From the NCBI GenBank assembly GCA_000388065.2, contig KB932205.1: a stretch of 24,920 bases of DNA, one strand, 5' to 3'. Below the pieces are notes generated by a model. That model had not been told where the DNA came from. It saw nothing but the letters and a program-made list of their open reading frames with translations, and ran no database searches. This stretch comes from Fonticula alba ATCC 38817. Its lineage: Eukaryota; Protista; Nucleariida. Below are positions 1 to 11,369 of the stretch, piece after piece; position 1 is the stretch's first letter; each line of letters opens with the position of its first letter. The translations under genes were made by a program, and so were the position numbers.

Positions 1-469
1 CCCCCCCCCCCCCCCCGGGGGGGGCGGCCGGGGCGGAGGGCATCTGGCCGCGGCACGACCGCGGCAAGGTCCCGACACTGGTTCGTGTACGCGTGGGTTG
101 AGGCTCCCCACACAACGGACGGGAAGGAACCAGAGAGTTCCCCCTCCCAGCAAGTCAGCCAACCAACAAGCACTCCAATCGCAGCATGCCCCATTTTTCG
201 GCCAGCCCGACCTGCGCCCCCCCGGAAGCCCGCGCCCACCAACCCGCAATCTCCCCCCCCCCTTCCTCTTCTATTCCCTCCCCTCTCCCCCCCTACCCCC
301 TCCCCTTTGTGCAGATCCCCGGATCGCCCCTTCCCCTTCCCGCCACCTGCGCCCATCGCGCGACCTCCCGAGGGAGTCTCCTTTCTAGTTTTTCTTCCCC
401 CCCCCCCTCTCCCTGCCGAGCTTGGCCCTGATCGCCCTCACCGCCCTCTGAGAGGAACCATTACCCACC

Positions 470-3400
470 ATGGTCCGCGACAAGAAGTCGTCCAAGGGAC
501 GTCTTGACAAATATCCTTGTTATGTGCATCTGTCCCCCCNNNNNNNNNNNNNNNNNNNNNNNNNNNNNNNNNNNNNNNNNNNNNNNNNNNNNNNNNNNNN
601 NNNNNNNNNNNNNNNNNNNNNNNNNNNNNNNNNNNNNNNNNNNNNNNNNNNNNNNNNNNNNCCCTTTCCTGCTGCCCGAGGTTGACCATGTCACCGGTCC
701 GCGTGCGCCCTCTACATTCGGGCGAGCCCGGGCCCGCGACATGGCCCCCTCCGGGAGCTGGCATTCCCCCTTCCTCCCCCTCTCTCTGCTTGTTTGTGTG
801 CTCCCCCTCCCCAACTTGCCCTTCTGAGTTTCAAACGGTGTCTCCTTAACCTTCAGCCCCCCCCCCCCCCCCGGTCCCCCGGTCCCCTTTTCGATTTCTG
901 TCTTTCCCCTGGCGTGCCTAATCTCGCACGTTCTACCGCCTGGCCAAGGAGCAGGGCTACCGTGCCCGTTCGGCTTTCAAGCTGGTGCAGCTGAACAAGA
1001 AGTACAACTTCCTGGCCCGGACGCGTGTGCTCATCGATCTGTGTGCCGCCCCTGGTGGTTGGTTGCAGGTGGCTGCCAAGAGCATGCCCATGTCCTCGCT
1101 GATCATCGGTGTGGATCTGGAGCCCATCAAGCCGGTGGCCTCGAATGTCATCACCATGGTCAATGACATTACCACGGAGAAGTGTCGCCAGGACCTGCGC
1201 GGCCACCTCCACACTCGCAAGGCCGACGTGTGCGTGCTCCCTTTGCCTCGGCCCCTCTCGGCCCCTGCTTTTCTGTCGCCCCACATTTGTCCGGGTCATT
1301 TCCGCCCGGTGGCCAGGCCCCTGTCTTGTCTAATCCATGCTTGCGTCCATCCACCCGGACACACACACACACACACACACATAGCGTCTTGCACGATGGT
1401 GCCCCGAACATGGGTCAGGCTTGGGAGCAGGACGCGTACACCCAGGCGGACCTGGTGCTGAAGTCCCTGCGCCTGGCCACGGAGTTCCTGGTGGAGAATG
1501 GTGTGTTCGTCACCAAGGTCTTCCGGTCGAAGGACTACAACAAGCTGCTTTTCGTCTTCAATCAGCTCTTCCGTCGCGTCGAGGTGACCAAGCCCACCTC
1601 TTCCCGGTGCGTGTGCCCTCCTCTGGGCTTCCATGCTCACTTGCTGCTGCTGCTCTCTCTCTCTCTCTCTGTCTCTCCCACCGACGCCCTCCTGCCTGCT
1701 CTACTCTACCTTTCCTCCTCCTCCATCTCCCGCCATTTGTTTCTTTCCCTTCCCCTCTTTCCCCCCCCCCCCCCCCCCCCGCCGCCGTCCATGTGCCCTG
1801 ACTCCTGCCTCCACGCCGTGCAGTAATGTGTCGGCTGAGATTTTCGTCGTCTGCATCGGGTATCTGGATCCGAAGAATCTGGATCCCAAGCTGCTGGACT
1901 CGAAGTATGTCTTCAGCGAGGTCGACGACGGGGCCAAGTCCCTGACCGTCCGTGACCTGATGAAGCCCTCGCGCAAGCGCCACCGTGATGGCTACGAGGA
2001 TGGCAATGTCACCCTGTTCAAGACGACCACGGCGGCGGATTTCATCGAAGCCGAGAACCCGGCCAACGTGCTGGGCACTTACAACGCCCTGACCTTCGAG
2101 GATGACAAGTCCAAGTCCTTCCTGGAGGGTATCACCGGGACCCTGCTGACCGACATTGTGGAGTCTTGCAAGGATCTCAAGATCCTCGGACCGCGCGACT
2201 TTGCCCGGCTGCTGCGCTGGCGTACCAACATCCATCGTGAGCGTGAGCGTGTGGCTCGCGAGGCCGCCGCTGCCGAGAAGGCCGCCCAGGAGCCCGAGGG
2301 CGTTGTCGAGATCACCGAGGAGAACCTGGATGAGGAGGTACGGCGCGTCAAGTTGACTGGTTGGGGGTGGGGGGAGGGGGGGGGGGGGGGGGGGGTTTGT
2401 GAGCCTGCTGTTGGGGCCTCCCCCATCTTCTTTGTTTTGCCCCCTCTCTCTGCCTACGTGGTTTTCCGTTTCCTTCTCTGACCCCCTCTCTCTCTCTCTC
2501 TCTCCACACACACACACAGCTCGCCAAGGTCGAGGCCAGCGTCCAGGCGGCCGACAAGCGCCGGCGTAAGCAGCTGCGTCTGCTGCGCGTCAAGCTCCAG
2601 AGCCGTATCCGCCAGCTGGCCATGCAGAGTGAGACCGGCGAGGCCATGGATGAGACGCTCTTCTCACTGCGCGAGCTGAGCAAGAAGTACTCGGACCTGG
2701 CGGCACACTTCGCCGAGGGTGGCGAGGGCATCGTCCTGAAGTCCTCCCAGCACGGTGAGGATCTCTTCCTCGGCTCGGACGCCGAAGAGGAGCTGGAGGA
2801 GGATGATGACGATGGCGAGGTCGATGCGTCGGACATCGACGGCTCCGACGCCGAGGCGGCCGGTCCCGACTCCGACACCGAGGAGGCCCACGCCAACTAC
2901 TACGGCGAGCACACCGACAAGGACACCTACCTGGCCATGATCGAGTCCAACATGCACGACGAGTGCGTGTCCATGCGATGCTGCTCTTGCTCATGCGCCC
3001 TCGCTCCTTGTGCTGCTCCCTTTCTCCTGCCCTCATACTGACTGTGCATTCCCCCCCCCCCCCCCCCCCCCCCCCCTCCCCCCCCGCCCCAGATCTCGGC
3101 CCCGCCCCCCCCCCCGGCCCGCCCCTGCGTTGGCCTTCGCTTCCGCTCGAATTAGCTACATCTCCTACCTGGAGTCGCGCAACAAGACGGCCCTTCTGCG
3201 CAAGATGGCCAAGATCGAGGCGTCGAAGAAGCGCAGCCGCGATCCGGCCCAGCAGGAGGAGGATGCCGACTCCGATGAGGACCCGGTTCACCGGGCCACC
3301 CGGCACCGCCATCAGGCGACCGGGGACCATGATGAGGGCGATATGGATGCCGGCGCGTCCGAGGCCCTTCCCCCCTCGCAGCGGGCGTCCATCTGGTTCA

Positions 3401-4684
3401 GCAACCCCCTGTTCAAGAATGTCCTCGGCGACACGGTGACCAGCGCCCAGCTGGACATCGCGGATGAGGATGACTCCAGCGAGATTGCCGATGAGATTGA
3501 GGCCATCCAGAAGATGAAGCGCGAGTACACCAAGGCCAAGGGTCGCGCGGCCCTGGCCGCCGGCTCCGGGGCCGGGTCCCGCAAGGTGGTCGGCCGCATT
3601 GTGGACGACGATTCGGATGACGAGTCGGACCATGCGGACTCCGAGGAGGATGCCCACTCGTCGGGTGACGAGGGTGCCCATGATTATGACGATGATGAGG
3701 ACCTCTCGGACATGGACTCCGACGATCTGGCCGACCTGGAGGAGGGTCTCGGGTCGGATGCCGAGGATGAGGATGGCTTCGAGATTGACCGGCAGGATGA
3801 CACCAGTGGGGATTTCTCGGCCATGAAGAAGCGCGCCCTGGATCCGGCGCAGATCACCCTGGCCAGCCGGCTCCGGTCGAAGATCCACCGCGAGGCGGAG
3901 ATCGATGCCTCGTACAACCGCTACGCCTTCGACGATGACAGTGCTCGCGGGGAGCTGCCTTCCTGGTTCGCTGATGATGAGGGTCGTCACAACCGGCCGG
4001 AGATGCCCATCACCAAGGAGGCCGTGGCCCTGCATCGTGAGCAGCAGCGCGCGGTCGATGCCCGGCCCATCAAGAAGATCCTCGAGGCCCAGGGCCGGAA
4101 GAAGGTCCGCGCCACCCGGCGCGCCGAGCGCATTCGCCAGAAGGCCGAGGCCATCATCAACGAGGGCGACCTGTCGGAGAAGGCCAAGCACAAGCAGATT
4201 CTCGGCCTTTACCGCGCCAAGATCAAGAAGGTGCGTCGTCGCAAGGGGAGAGGGCCGCGCGCGCGCGCGCGCGCGCGAGAGAGAGAGATGCCCTGTCATA
4301 TGTCGTTTTTGCCTGTTTGCTGGTTCCCTGTTTTTTTTTCTTTGCGCCTCCCTCACTCCCCCAGACTACTGACTGCCCCTGCTGCGATCGACTTCTCGTC
4401 GAATGGATATATACCCTGCTCCGCACCTACCCGCTTCGTCTCTCTCTCTCTCTCTTTCCCTCGTGCACACAACAGAAGGAGGAGGTTACCTACGTGCCGG
4501 CCATCGGCTCGAACAAGGGCATCCGCACCCGCCCGCGTGGTGTTACTGGTCGCTACAAGGTGCGTGCTTGCTCTTGCTGCCCGGATATCAACTTGCCCGT
4601 TCTCTGTTGCCTTGATTTCCCGAGACCCTCCTGCCTCCTTTTCTGCCAGCTGACCCTCCCCTTCTCTCCCCTCCCCGCCCCCTC

Positions 4685-4722
<38 letters not shown>

Positions 4723-4806
4723 TGTGCCCAAACACAGCTGGTCGATACCCGCATGAAGAAGGACATGCGTGCGCGCAAGGCCCGGGAGCGCCGCGCTCGC
4801 AAGTAA
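470..4806 (+). CDS. SPB1: 27S pre-rRNA (guanosine-2'-O)-methyltransferase Spb1/FTSJ3. Exons 470-510, 930-1229, 1385-1606, 1824-2337, 2520-2962, 3156-4230, 4476-4559, 4738-4806 (2748 nt, 915 aa).
   Basis: The spliced translation starts [39 protein letters not shown]. It has the SAM-binding motif DLCAAPGGW and an intact RrmJ K-D-K-E tetrad (AFK, LHDGAPN, VTKVFRS, SAEIF). It continues with [11 protein letters not shown], an acidic middle region and a Spb1-type C-terminus (YNRYAFDD...LPSWFADDE...RPIKKILEA). All intron phases match and the total length is divisible by 3. Confidence 0.96.
511..929 (+). other. U12-type (minor spliceosome) AT-AC intron, SPB1 intron 1
   Basis: The 5' end is ATATCCTT (511-518) and the 3' end is CGCAC (AC at 928-929). 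Removing it joins AA|G into Lys and restores the conserved [14 protein letters not shown]. Branch-site candidates are TCCTTAAC (843-850) and TGCCTAAT (915-922). The intron contains an N-gap (540-661). Confidence 0.9.
540..661. other. Assembly gap (122 N). Other gaps are 10 N each at 7257-7266, 17121-17130 and 23587-23596.
   Basis: Runs of N, each flanked by homopolymer or microsatellite sequence. Confidence 1.
1359..1380 (+). repeat. (AC)n microsatellite directly before the 3' splice site of SPB1 intron 2
   Basis: (AC)11 followed by ATAG. Similar tracts occur at 2505-2518, 4687-4719, 5933-5988 (minus-strand sense), 13791-13819 and 23597-23612. Confidence 0.9.
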
Positions 4807-5374
4807 GCGCGCCTTTGCCATAGTCCCCTTGCCCTTTCGCCCGCCTTCCCCGAGGTGCCATGGCGTGAGACAGTGTGTGTGTATGTGTGTGTGCATGTGC
4901 CATCGCTTCTCCGCCTCTCCGCTTCTCCCTTCCTTGTGCGGTGTTGCACCACCCCCTCCCCCTAGAAAGAGACTGGCGCCCCCGGGATGTGGAGAAATGA
5001 CTCGTTCTCTCCCCCCCCCCTCCCCCCCCTGTGCCGGAGCGCACCCGCCGCGGCTTGCCCTTGTTGTTCCTATTTATACACACTTGTCCACTTCCTTCCT
5101 CTTTGGCCCATGCGCACGCGTGCCCCCACTCACCTCACCCCCCCCCCCTGGGGGAGGGGTACGCGGCACGTGCGCTCTCCTGCCGCGGCCCGGAAAATAT
5201 ACAATTTATAAAGTTTTTGAAAAGCACGTCCTTCCTTCTGGTGGAACCGGCTAACTCCGCAAGAAGGAGTGCAAGGCGACAGAGAGGGGGAGAGAGAGAG
5301 AGAGAGAGGCAACGGAAGGGACACACTGACACGAGAGCACATGGATAGTCTATATGTCGAGAAGAGGCCGGCGG

Positions 5375-5930
5375 TCAGTCTTCGGCGGCCAGGCCGGCCG
5401 CGGCGTTCCACGAAATCTCTTGGTCGATGCGCATGAGGGCCTCCTCGAGAATCCGCTCGACGGTCAGCTGGACCCGGGCGCGCGGGAGATGGGGCCAGGT
5501 GGCCCGCTCACCGCGGTGAATCCCCTGGCGAAGACGTGTCCCGCCGGTGGGCGTGGAAGATAGGGCGCGCGCGCCGCGCTGGAAGAGAGTCCGCTTTCGT
5601 GCGGGCCCGGTCCCCGCCGAGGAGGAGGTCGGGCCCCCGGCGGAGGATGACGAGGCGGCAGAGGAGGCCCGGCCGCCGGCGCGGGCCCGCCCGGCGTCAG
5701 TTCCCTTGGCCCGGTTGTTGGCCGGTGCCGAGGCCGACGCCGGCTGGTCGCCGGACCCGGAGGACGACGGGAGCGGGTAGATGACGATGTGACCGCGCTC
5801 ATGCACGGCCAGGTGGCCCTTAAGTGAGGCGAGACCAGCCGGGAGGAGACCCAGAGAGAACAGCTGTACGAGCACACATTGCCGACAGGGGTGCCCGACG
5901 GGATGCCGGGATGTGAGTGACATGTGAGCA

Positions 5931-5963
<33 letters not shown>

Positions 5964-8264
5964 GCGTGTGCGTGTGCGTGTGCGTGTGCAGGGAGGGGGG
6001 CGGGGGGAGCGGAGGGCGCCCATGCGATCAAAGAAGGTGAGCAAGGCACGCACCTGAGACAGGCGGTATTGTGTCTCCCGGCGGACAAATGATCCAACAG
6101 AGTAGCGGAAGCGCCGGGAAAAGCGCAGCAGGCGAGCCACGGCGCGAGCTGGCAACGACCAGGAATTCGGAGCGATTGACCGAACGGGCGGCGGAGGGGT
6201 CACTGATGGGGCAATCGGCTCGAAGACCACGCTCATCTGGCTGACAATGAAGTGGTTCTATGGACGACCGAGGCCATGGTGGGAGGCATACAGGTTAGAC
6301 GGTCGGAATGGGAGGGGGGGGGGGCGAGAGGGTGAAAAAGCAAAAAAAAAAAGGAGAGAAAAAGGGAAGGGCGACAGGGGGCGCGGGAAGAACGAACCAC
6401 ATTGAAAAGCTCAGACAGCCGGGTCGAGGGCAAGTCACCGCTGTGGAGGCGCAAAGTGAAACCCGACAGGGGCAGAGTAAGCACCAAGCTTCGGGAGGAC
6501 ATCAGGCGAAGAGGGAAAGCAAAGGCCGAGGAGGAAACGCACAAGTCCGAGTCCAGCGGCAGGGTCGGCCCGCCGGGCAGGGGAGCCGGGGTTGGCGTGG
6601 CCGCGGCAAACAAGCTGGCCAGCCAGGACCAGGACAGCGTGCCATCGGTGTTGGTAAAGCCACTTCGCAGAAGCGGGTCCTGGTATTCCAGCGACGATGG
6701 CGACGGCGCCGGCGGCGACGACGGCGCCAGGGGGATGGAGCGCGGCGGGGCCGCTGACGCCAGTAGATTCCCCGACGAGGAGTCTGACAGAGACCCGCCA
6801 GCCGGGGCCGGGCCGGTTGGCGCCGTCGCCGAGGTCGAGGAGGACCGCCCCCGACGGGAGACCGGCGTGCCAGATGCACCAGCCTGAGTGGCCGCGCCGC
6901 CGGCCTGGGCACTGGTCCCACCGGCACTGGTCCCAGCCAGGGGCATGGTTGACAGGAGGGACTCCGGGGAAATGGTCGTCCCGCCGGGGCGGCCGGAGCT
7001 CGGCAGCCAGGGGATGTGCTCGCCGTCGGCCGTGCGTGCCAGCACCGGCGTCGGGGAAATGAGCCCCGGCGTGGCACACGCCGCACAGGCCGCCGACCAG
7101 ATGATCTATGAGCAGTGATGTCAGCGCCAGCAAGGCAGATCACCGTGCACGGGGCAGATGGGCGAAGGAGCAAGGGAGTGAGGAAGCAGGAGAAGGGGGC
7201 CCTCCAGGAAACCGGCAGGGAGAGGGAGAGGGAGAGAGAGGGAGGGAGAGAGAGAGNNNNNNNNNNCCGGCAGGGAGAGGGAGAGGGAGAGAGAGGGAGG
7301 AGGGGGGGGGGGGGAGAGGGGGGAGGGGGAGAGAGAGAGAGAGGGGGAGAGAGGGGGGGGGAGGAGGAGAAGGGGGGAGGGAGAGGGAGGGAGAGAGAGG
7401 GAGGGAGAGGGAGAGAGGGAGAGAGGGAGAGAGGGAGAGAGAGAGGGAGAGAGAGGGAGGGAGAGGGAGAGAGGGAGAGAGGGAGAGAGGGAGAGAGAGA
7501 CGCACGGCATTCGGCGCGGTCAGGTAGTTGAGCACCAGGCCATCAGTCACGCGGATGTTGAGCACCCGGCCCGAGCGCTCGAAGGCCTCCATGAAAGTGA
7601 TGTCCTCGATCCAGGCCTGCGGGCAGACCCGAGTCAGAGGGTCGGGGTGAGGGCAATTGCGTGCTTCGGTCGCGTGCGACGCCTCCTCGGTGTCCAGAGA
7701 CCGGATGGTGCACCCGCACCGGACCGACTGGTATTGCGATGAGCCGGACAGCAAATTGGCCACCATGTGCGTGGTGAAGCTGGACGCCGGGGGAGACCCC
7801 CCATGGACAGATGCGCCGGCGACCATGGGGGCCTGTTGGAAGCTGACCCGCAGTTTGGCCCGCACAAAGCGCCGCAAGACCGCCGCATCGAAGAAGACCC
7901 CATGCTGGATGAAGCGATCAAAGCGCCGGCGCAGCGAGGCCGATGAGGAGGAGAATCCCTCGACGGGAGCGTCGCCAGTATCTATGCCGGTGTCAGCAGA
8001 CGCCGGGCACTTGGAGAATGGAGAGGCACAAACGGCGCGGCCATGGGCGTACCAGAGGGAGTGTTGTGCTGATAGAAGATGGAGAAGTCCAATGTCTGGT
8101 CGCCGGTGGTGAAGAACTCCCGAAGCTCGGCCTGGTGGCGGGGTGAAGAAAGCGAGAAGGGGGGAGACCCCGAGGAGGAGAGACAGCAGGGTGAGGAGGA
8201 GGCAGGTGTGCCTGGGAGCAGGCCACAATCAATGAAACACAACAGCAACGACAGCTCCCGCCCG

Positions 8265-8295
<31 letters not shown>

Positions 8296-11200
8296 GAGCT
8301 GACCCCCCCCCCCCCCCCCCTCTGGGTGCCGTGCTCTCCCCCCCCCCTCCTCGTAGGTATATAAAGGAGGCCCTTCGGCGTATCCGAGAGAAGGGGAGAC
8401 AACGAAGTTGTTTCCTGAATAATTTCCTTGCACCTTCCCCTCCCCCCTCCTCCTCCTAGCCAGTATGTCCCGAGCCTTTCCTTCACCGCGCGGCCCTGCC
8501 CAGGAGACAGACACGCACGTCGGTCCGGACGCAAACAAAGGCCGCCACGATGGCCCCGACATCGGTCCCATAGAAGATGGTCGGCAAGATGCCCCGCTCG
8601 AAGGGGTCGGGCGCCGGGGAGGTGCCCCGGGCGCCGGGAGACGGCAGCCGAAGCTGGGCCGTGCTTTGGCCGGCGGCCGGCGGTGACAAAACCAGCGATT
8701 CCAACAGGGGGGACGTCTCTTGCGAAGGGGTGGCCACATTGGGCCGGGCGGTGGAGGGGCCGCTGGCGCCCGCGCCCCGGCGGGGAATCACCGAGTTCCG
8801 CAACCGCAGTGGACTCATCTCAAAGAGGGCCTTCACCACACCGAGGTGCTGTGCCCCCCGGGCCGAGCCAATGCCCCCGCACAGGGCCAGGCATGTCCGG
8901 CCGAGGGACTGCTGTGCATGGCGCAACGCTGTTCGCCGCTCGGTGGCACTGAGTCCGCTGCCGATCATTGGCAGGCCCGGGTAGCCGGGAGCCTCGGCGG
9001 CTGAGCGTGTAGGTGCGAGGGCCGCCTGATGCTCCGGCGCCAGGAGCGTCAGTCGCGGGATATGTGGCAGCGACAATACTTGAATGGCCTCGGCGAGCTG
9101 CGAGACGAACTGAGTGCGAGCGCGCGCGCGTGCACGTGTCCGCGTGTGTGTGTGTGTGTGTCGGTGTGTGTCGGTGTGTGTGTCGGTGTGTGTGTCGGTG
9201 TGTGTGTCGGTGTGTGTGTCGGTGTGTGCGTGTGTGCCGGCGTATGACCGTGTGAGTGGGTGCGCCTGCAGATGTAGGAGAAAGGTAGCAGCATGGGGCA
9301 GCTCCAACAAGGGGCTACTTCACGCACAATCTCAATGAGGGCCTTGGTGCTGCCACTGACCCAGCCAGTGTAGAGGCGCCGGTCGGCCGTGCCGCCAAGA
9401 TTGCGGATCATCAGTGCCCGGACCAGATACCGCAAGGCTACGTAGTCGCCGTTGCGCAAGGCGATATCCTGCGCGCAGCGGAGGCGCTTCACATGTGCTC
9501 GCAGGGCCGGCGCATCGAAGTACTCCTCCTCCTCCGGCTCTTCGATCGGGTCGGCCGGGTGTTGTGAATCACCGGCACAGGGATCCCCCCCACCGAGGGC
9601 CGCCGGCGGCCGTGGGGCAATTCGCCAGGCACTGTACCCGTCTAGACAGTCCAACGACAGGGCCACGCGGCGCCACTCGGGATATGTCCGCGCCAGGGCC
9701 AGCTCCTTCTTCAGAGCCGCCCGGGTCAGGCGGTCCGGCATCAGGTAGTTGATGAAAATCTGAGCCAGATACACCGGCAGCAGGGCGAGACATGGCATGA
9801 GGAAACCGAGAAAAATCGGCACGATGGGGGGGAGGGGGGGGGGAGGACAGGCGGGCGAGCGAAGGGAGTCAGCAGAAGGAGGAAGGCAGCGAGGCGGGCG
9901 CGGGGGAAGGAAAAAAGGGGAACGGAGAGCCGATGGCTGCGGCACAAGCGACGGACACACCTGGCACAGGACATAGAAGCCCACATACACCAGTGACAGG
10001 ACCATGGCGCCGGCCTCAAACAGGTGACCCATGCGTCGACGGAAGGCACTGCGCTGGGGACCGCCCCGGGCAGCCGGGTCCTCGATCAAAAAGCCCGAGG
10101 GGGCCACCGAGGACAAGTCAAAGATGTCGGAGAAAGAGGCATCGCTCAGGCTGAGGCCATGTGCCCCAGGGGGCCCGGCCGATGGGACGCCGGCATTCAT
10201 ACCGGCAAACGGCCCAGGCATGGATCCCAGAAGGTCCAAATGAGAGGTCCCATGGAAGGGCACATCCGAGAGGGGCCCGCCGCCGGGGACTTGCCCCATC
10301 ATTCCCGGGCCCCGGAAGAGCGGGAAGCCCGATGGCAGGAAGGCACTGGACCCACTCGACGGCGAAGGGGGGATCCCCTCGACGAAGTCCAGCCCGGCGA
10401 GCGGTCCGAGCAGGCTGCCCGTGCGACTGGGCGCCGGGGTACTGGCCCGGCCGAGGCCGTGCCCATGCTCCGGGCCCGAAGAGAAGGACGATGAGGACCT
10501 CGAGCTAGGGTGCCGTCCGGAGGGCCGCGGCGACCGATCGACATTCAGCTCCGGAGGCAAGGTGCCAGAGTCAGCCATGGGTGTCAGGGTCGGGACAGGG
10601 GCGCTGGCAGTCCGAGTTGTCCCTGGGGATGAGGAAATCGACGAGGCCGCCGAGTCGAAGAGGATCGACCCGGACAGCGCCATCGAGGACGCCGAGGAAC
10701 CGGGGCTGTTGCCGTGCGGCGGCAGGCCCACGGCTCCAGGGGCCAAGGAGGCCGAATCCCCGGATGAGGATGAAGCCGAAAAGCCCTGCGAGAAATGGGG
10801 ATTGGCCAGGCAGTCCAGCGCCTGGGCTAGCCCAGCGCCATGAGCGGGGAGCCAGCTGTGTGAAGCAACCACCAGGGGGGTCAGTGGCTGAGCGGGAGAG
10901 GGCGAGGGAGGGGGGAGGGGGGAGGGAGGGAGGCAATTAGGGGGAGCCAAAGCAAGGACCTTTGGCGAAGACCGGGAGACAGGGGGGCGGCGCCGGTGCC
11001 GCTGCTGGTGCCGGCATCGGTGCTGGCGGGAACGGTGGAGCGGGGGGTGCTGTTGCTGTTGCTGTTGCTGCTGTTACTGTGGCCGGCACCGGTGTTGGGG
11101 CTGGCGCCGATGCCGCTTCCAGTCTGGGAATAGGCGCGCAGGGTGTCATCCCAGGAAGGGGGAAGGGGCATGAGAGCCGCGGCCGCGGCTGCCGGGGGAA

Positions 11201-11369
11201 GAAACATGGTCGGTGGGAAGAAGCCCGCTCCCGGCGGGGGGAGGGCCGTGTCCAGGGTAAAGGCGGCCGGATCAAAACCCAGCAGGCTGGGCGATACGTC
11301 GCCCAAGTCCGGCGGTGTCAGTGGCTGGGAGGCACTTTCATCGTGCGCGGCACCCGGCTGGCCGCTCAT
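5375..11369 (-). CDS. TGL3/TGL4/SDP1-like patatin-family triacylglycerol lipase homolog (DUF3336 + patatin), probably catalytically impaired. Exons 11369-10960, 10855-9961, 9759-9328, 9109-8519, 8131-8053, 7981-7848, 7616-7506, 7105-6543, 6440-6398, 6257-6054, 5863-5375 (about 1316 aa). The start and the 7847-7617 intron are less certain.
   Basis: DUF3336-like motifs: ARTYPEWRRVALSLDCLDGYSAWR, YFDAPALRAHVKRL, LMIRNLGGTADRRLY, GSTKALIE. Patatin motifs: LGRTCLALCGG...HLGVVKALF, GILPTIFYGTDVGAIVAAFVCVRTD/AELR, ITFMEAFERSGRVLNIRV, LNYLTAPNA/IIWSAACAACATPG, DLPSTRLSELFNV/NHFIVSQ, GERATWPHL. GT-AG introns are in matching phases. Confidence 0.9.
7205..7500 (-). repeat. Long (GA)/(G)n polypurine tract, which is (CT)n/poly-C on the sense strand of lipase intron 7505-7106; contains an N-gap
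   Basis: Directly visible GAGAGGGAGAG... low-complexity run, with Ns at 7257-7266. Confidence 0.9.
9141..9230 (-). repeat. Intronic compound minisatellite, 6 x TCGGTGTGTG(TG), reading (CA)nCCGA on the sense strand
   Basis: Units start at 9161, 9171, 9183, 9195, 9207 and 9219, inside lipase intron 9327-9110. Confidence 0.9.

Noticed and set aside
85-507. Upstream Pro-rich ORFs before SPB1
   Set aside because: They are low-complexity translations of a C-rich promoter/5' UTR with no homology signal.
855-856. AG acceptor just after the perfect U12 branch motif (AT-AG splice)
   Set aside because: It would add 73 nt of poly-C sequence and frameshift SPB1.
2590-4356. 588-aa minus-strand ORF
   Set aside because: It is an antisense shadow of the GC3-rich SPB1 exons, has no recognisable motifs and runs through intron repeats.
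9161-9228. Regularly spaced repeats as a possible CRISPR array
   Set aside because: These are 10-12 bp head-to-tail units without unique spacers, in a eukaryotic intron, and no cas genes are present.
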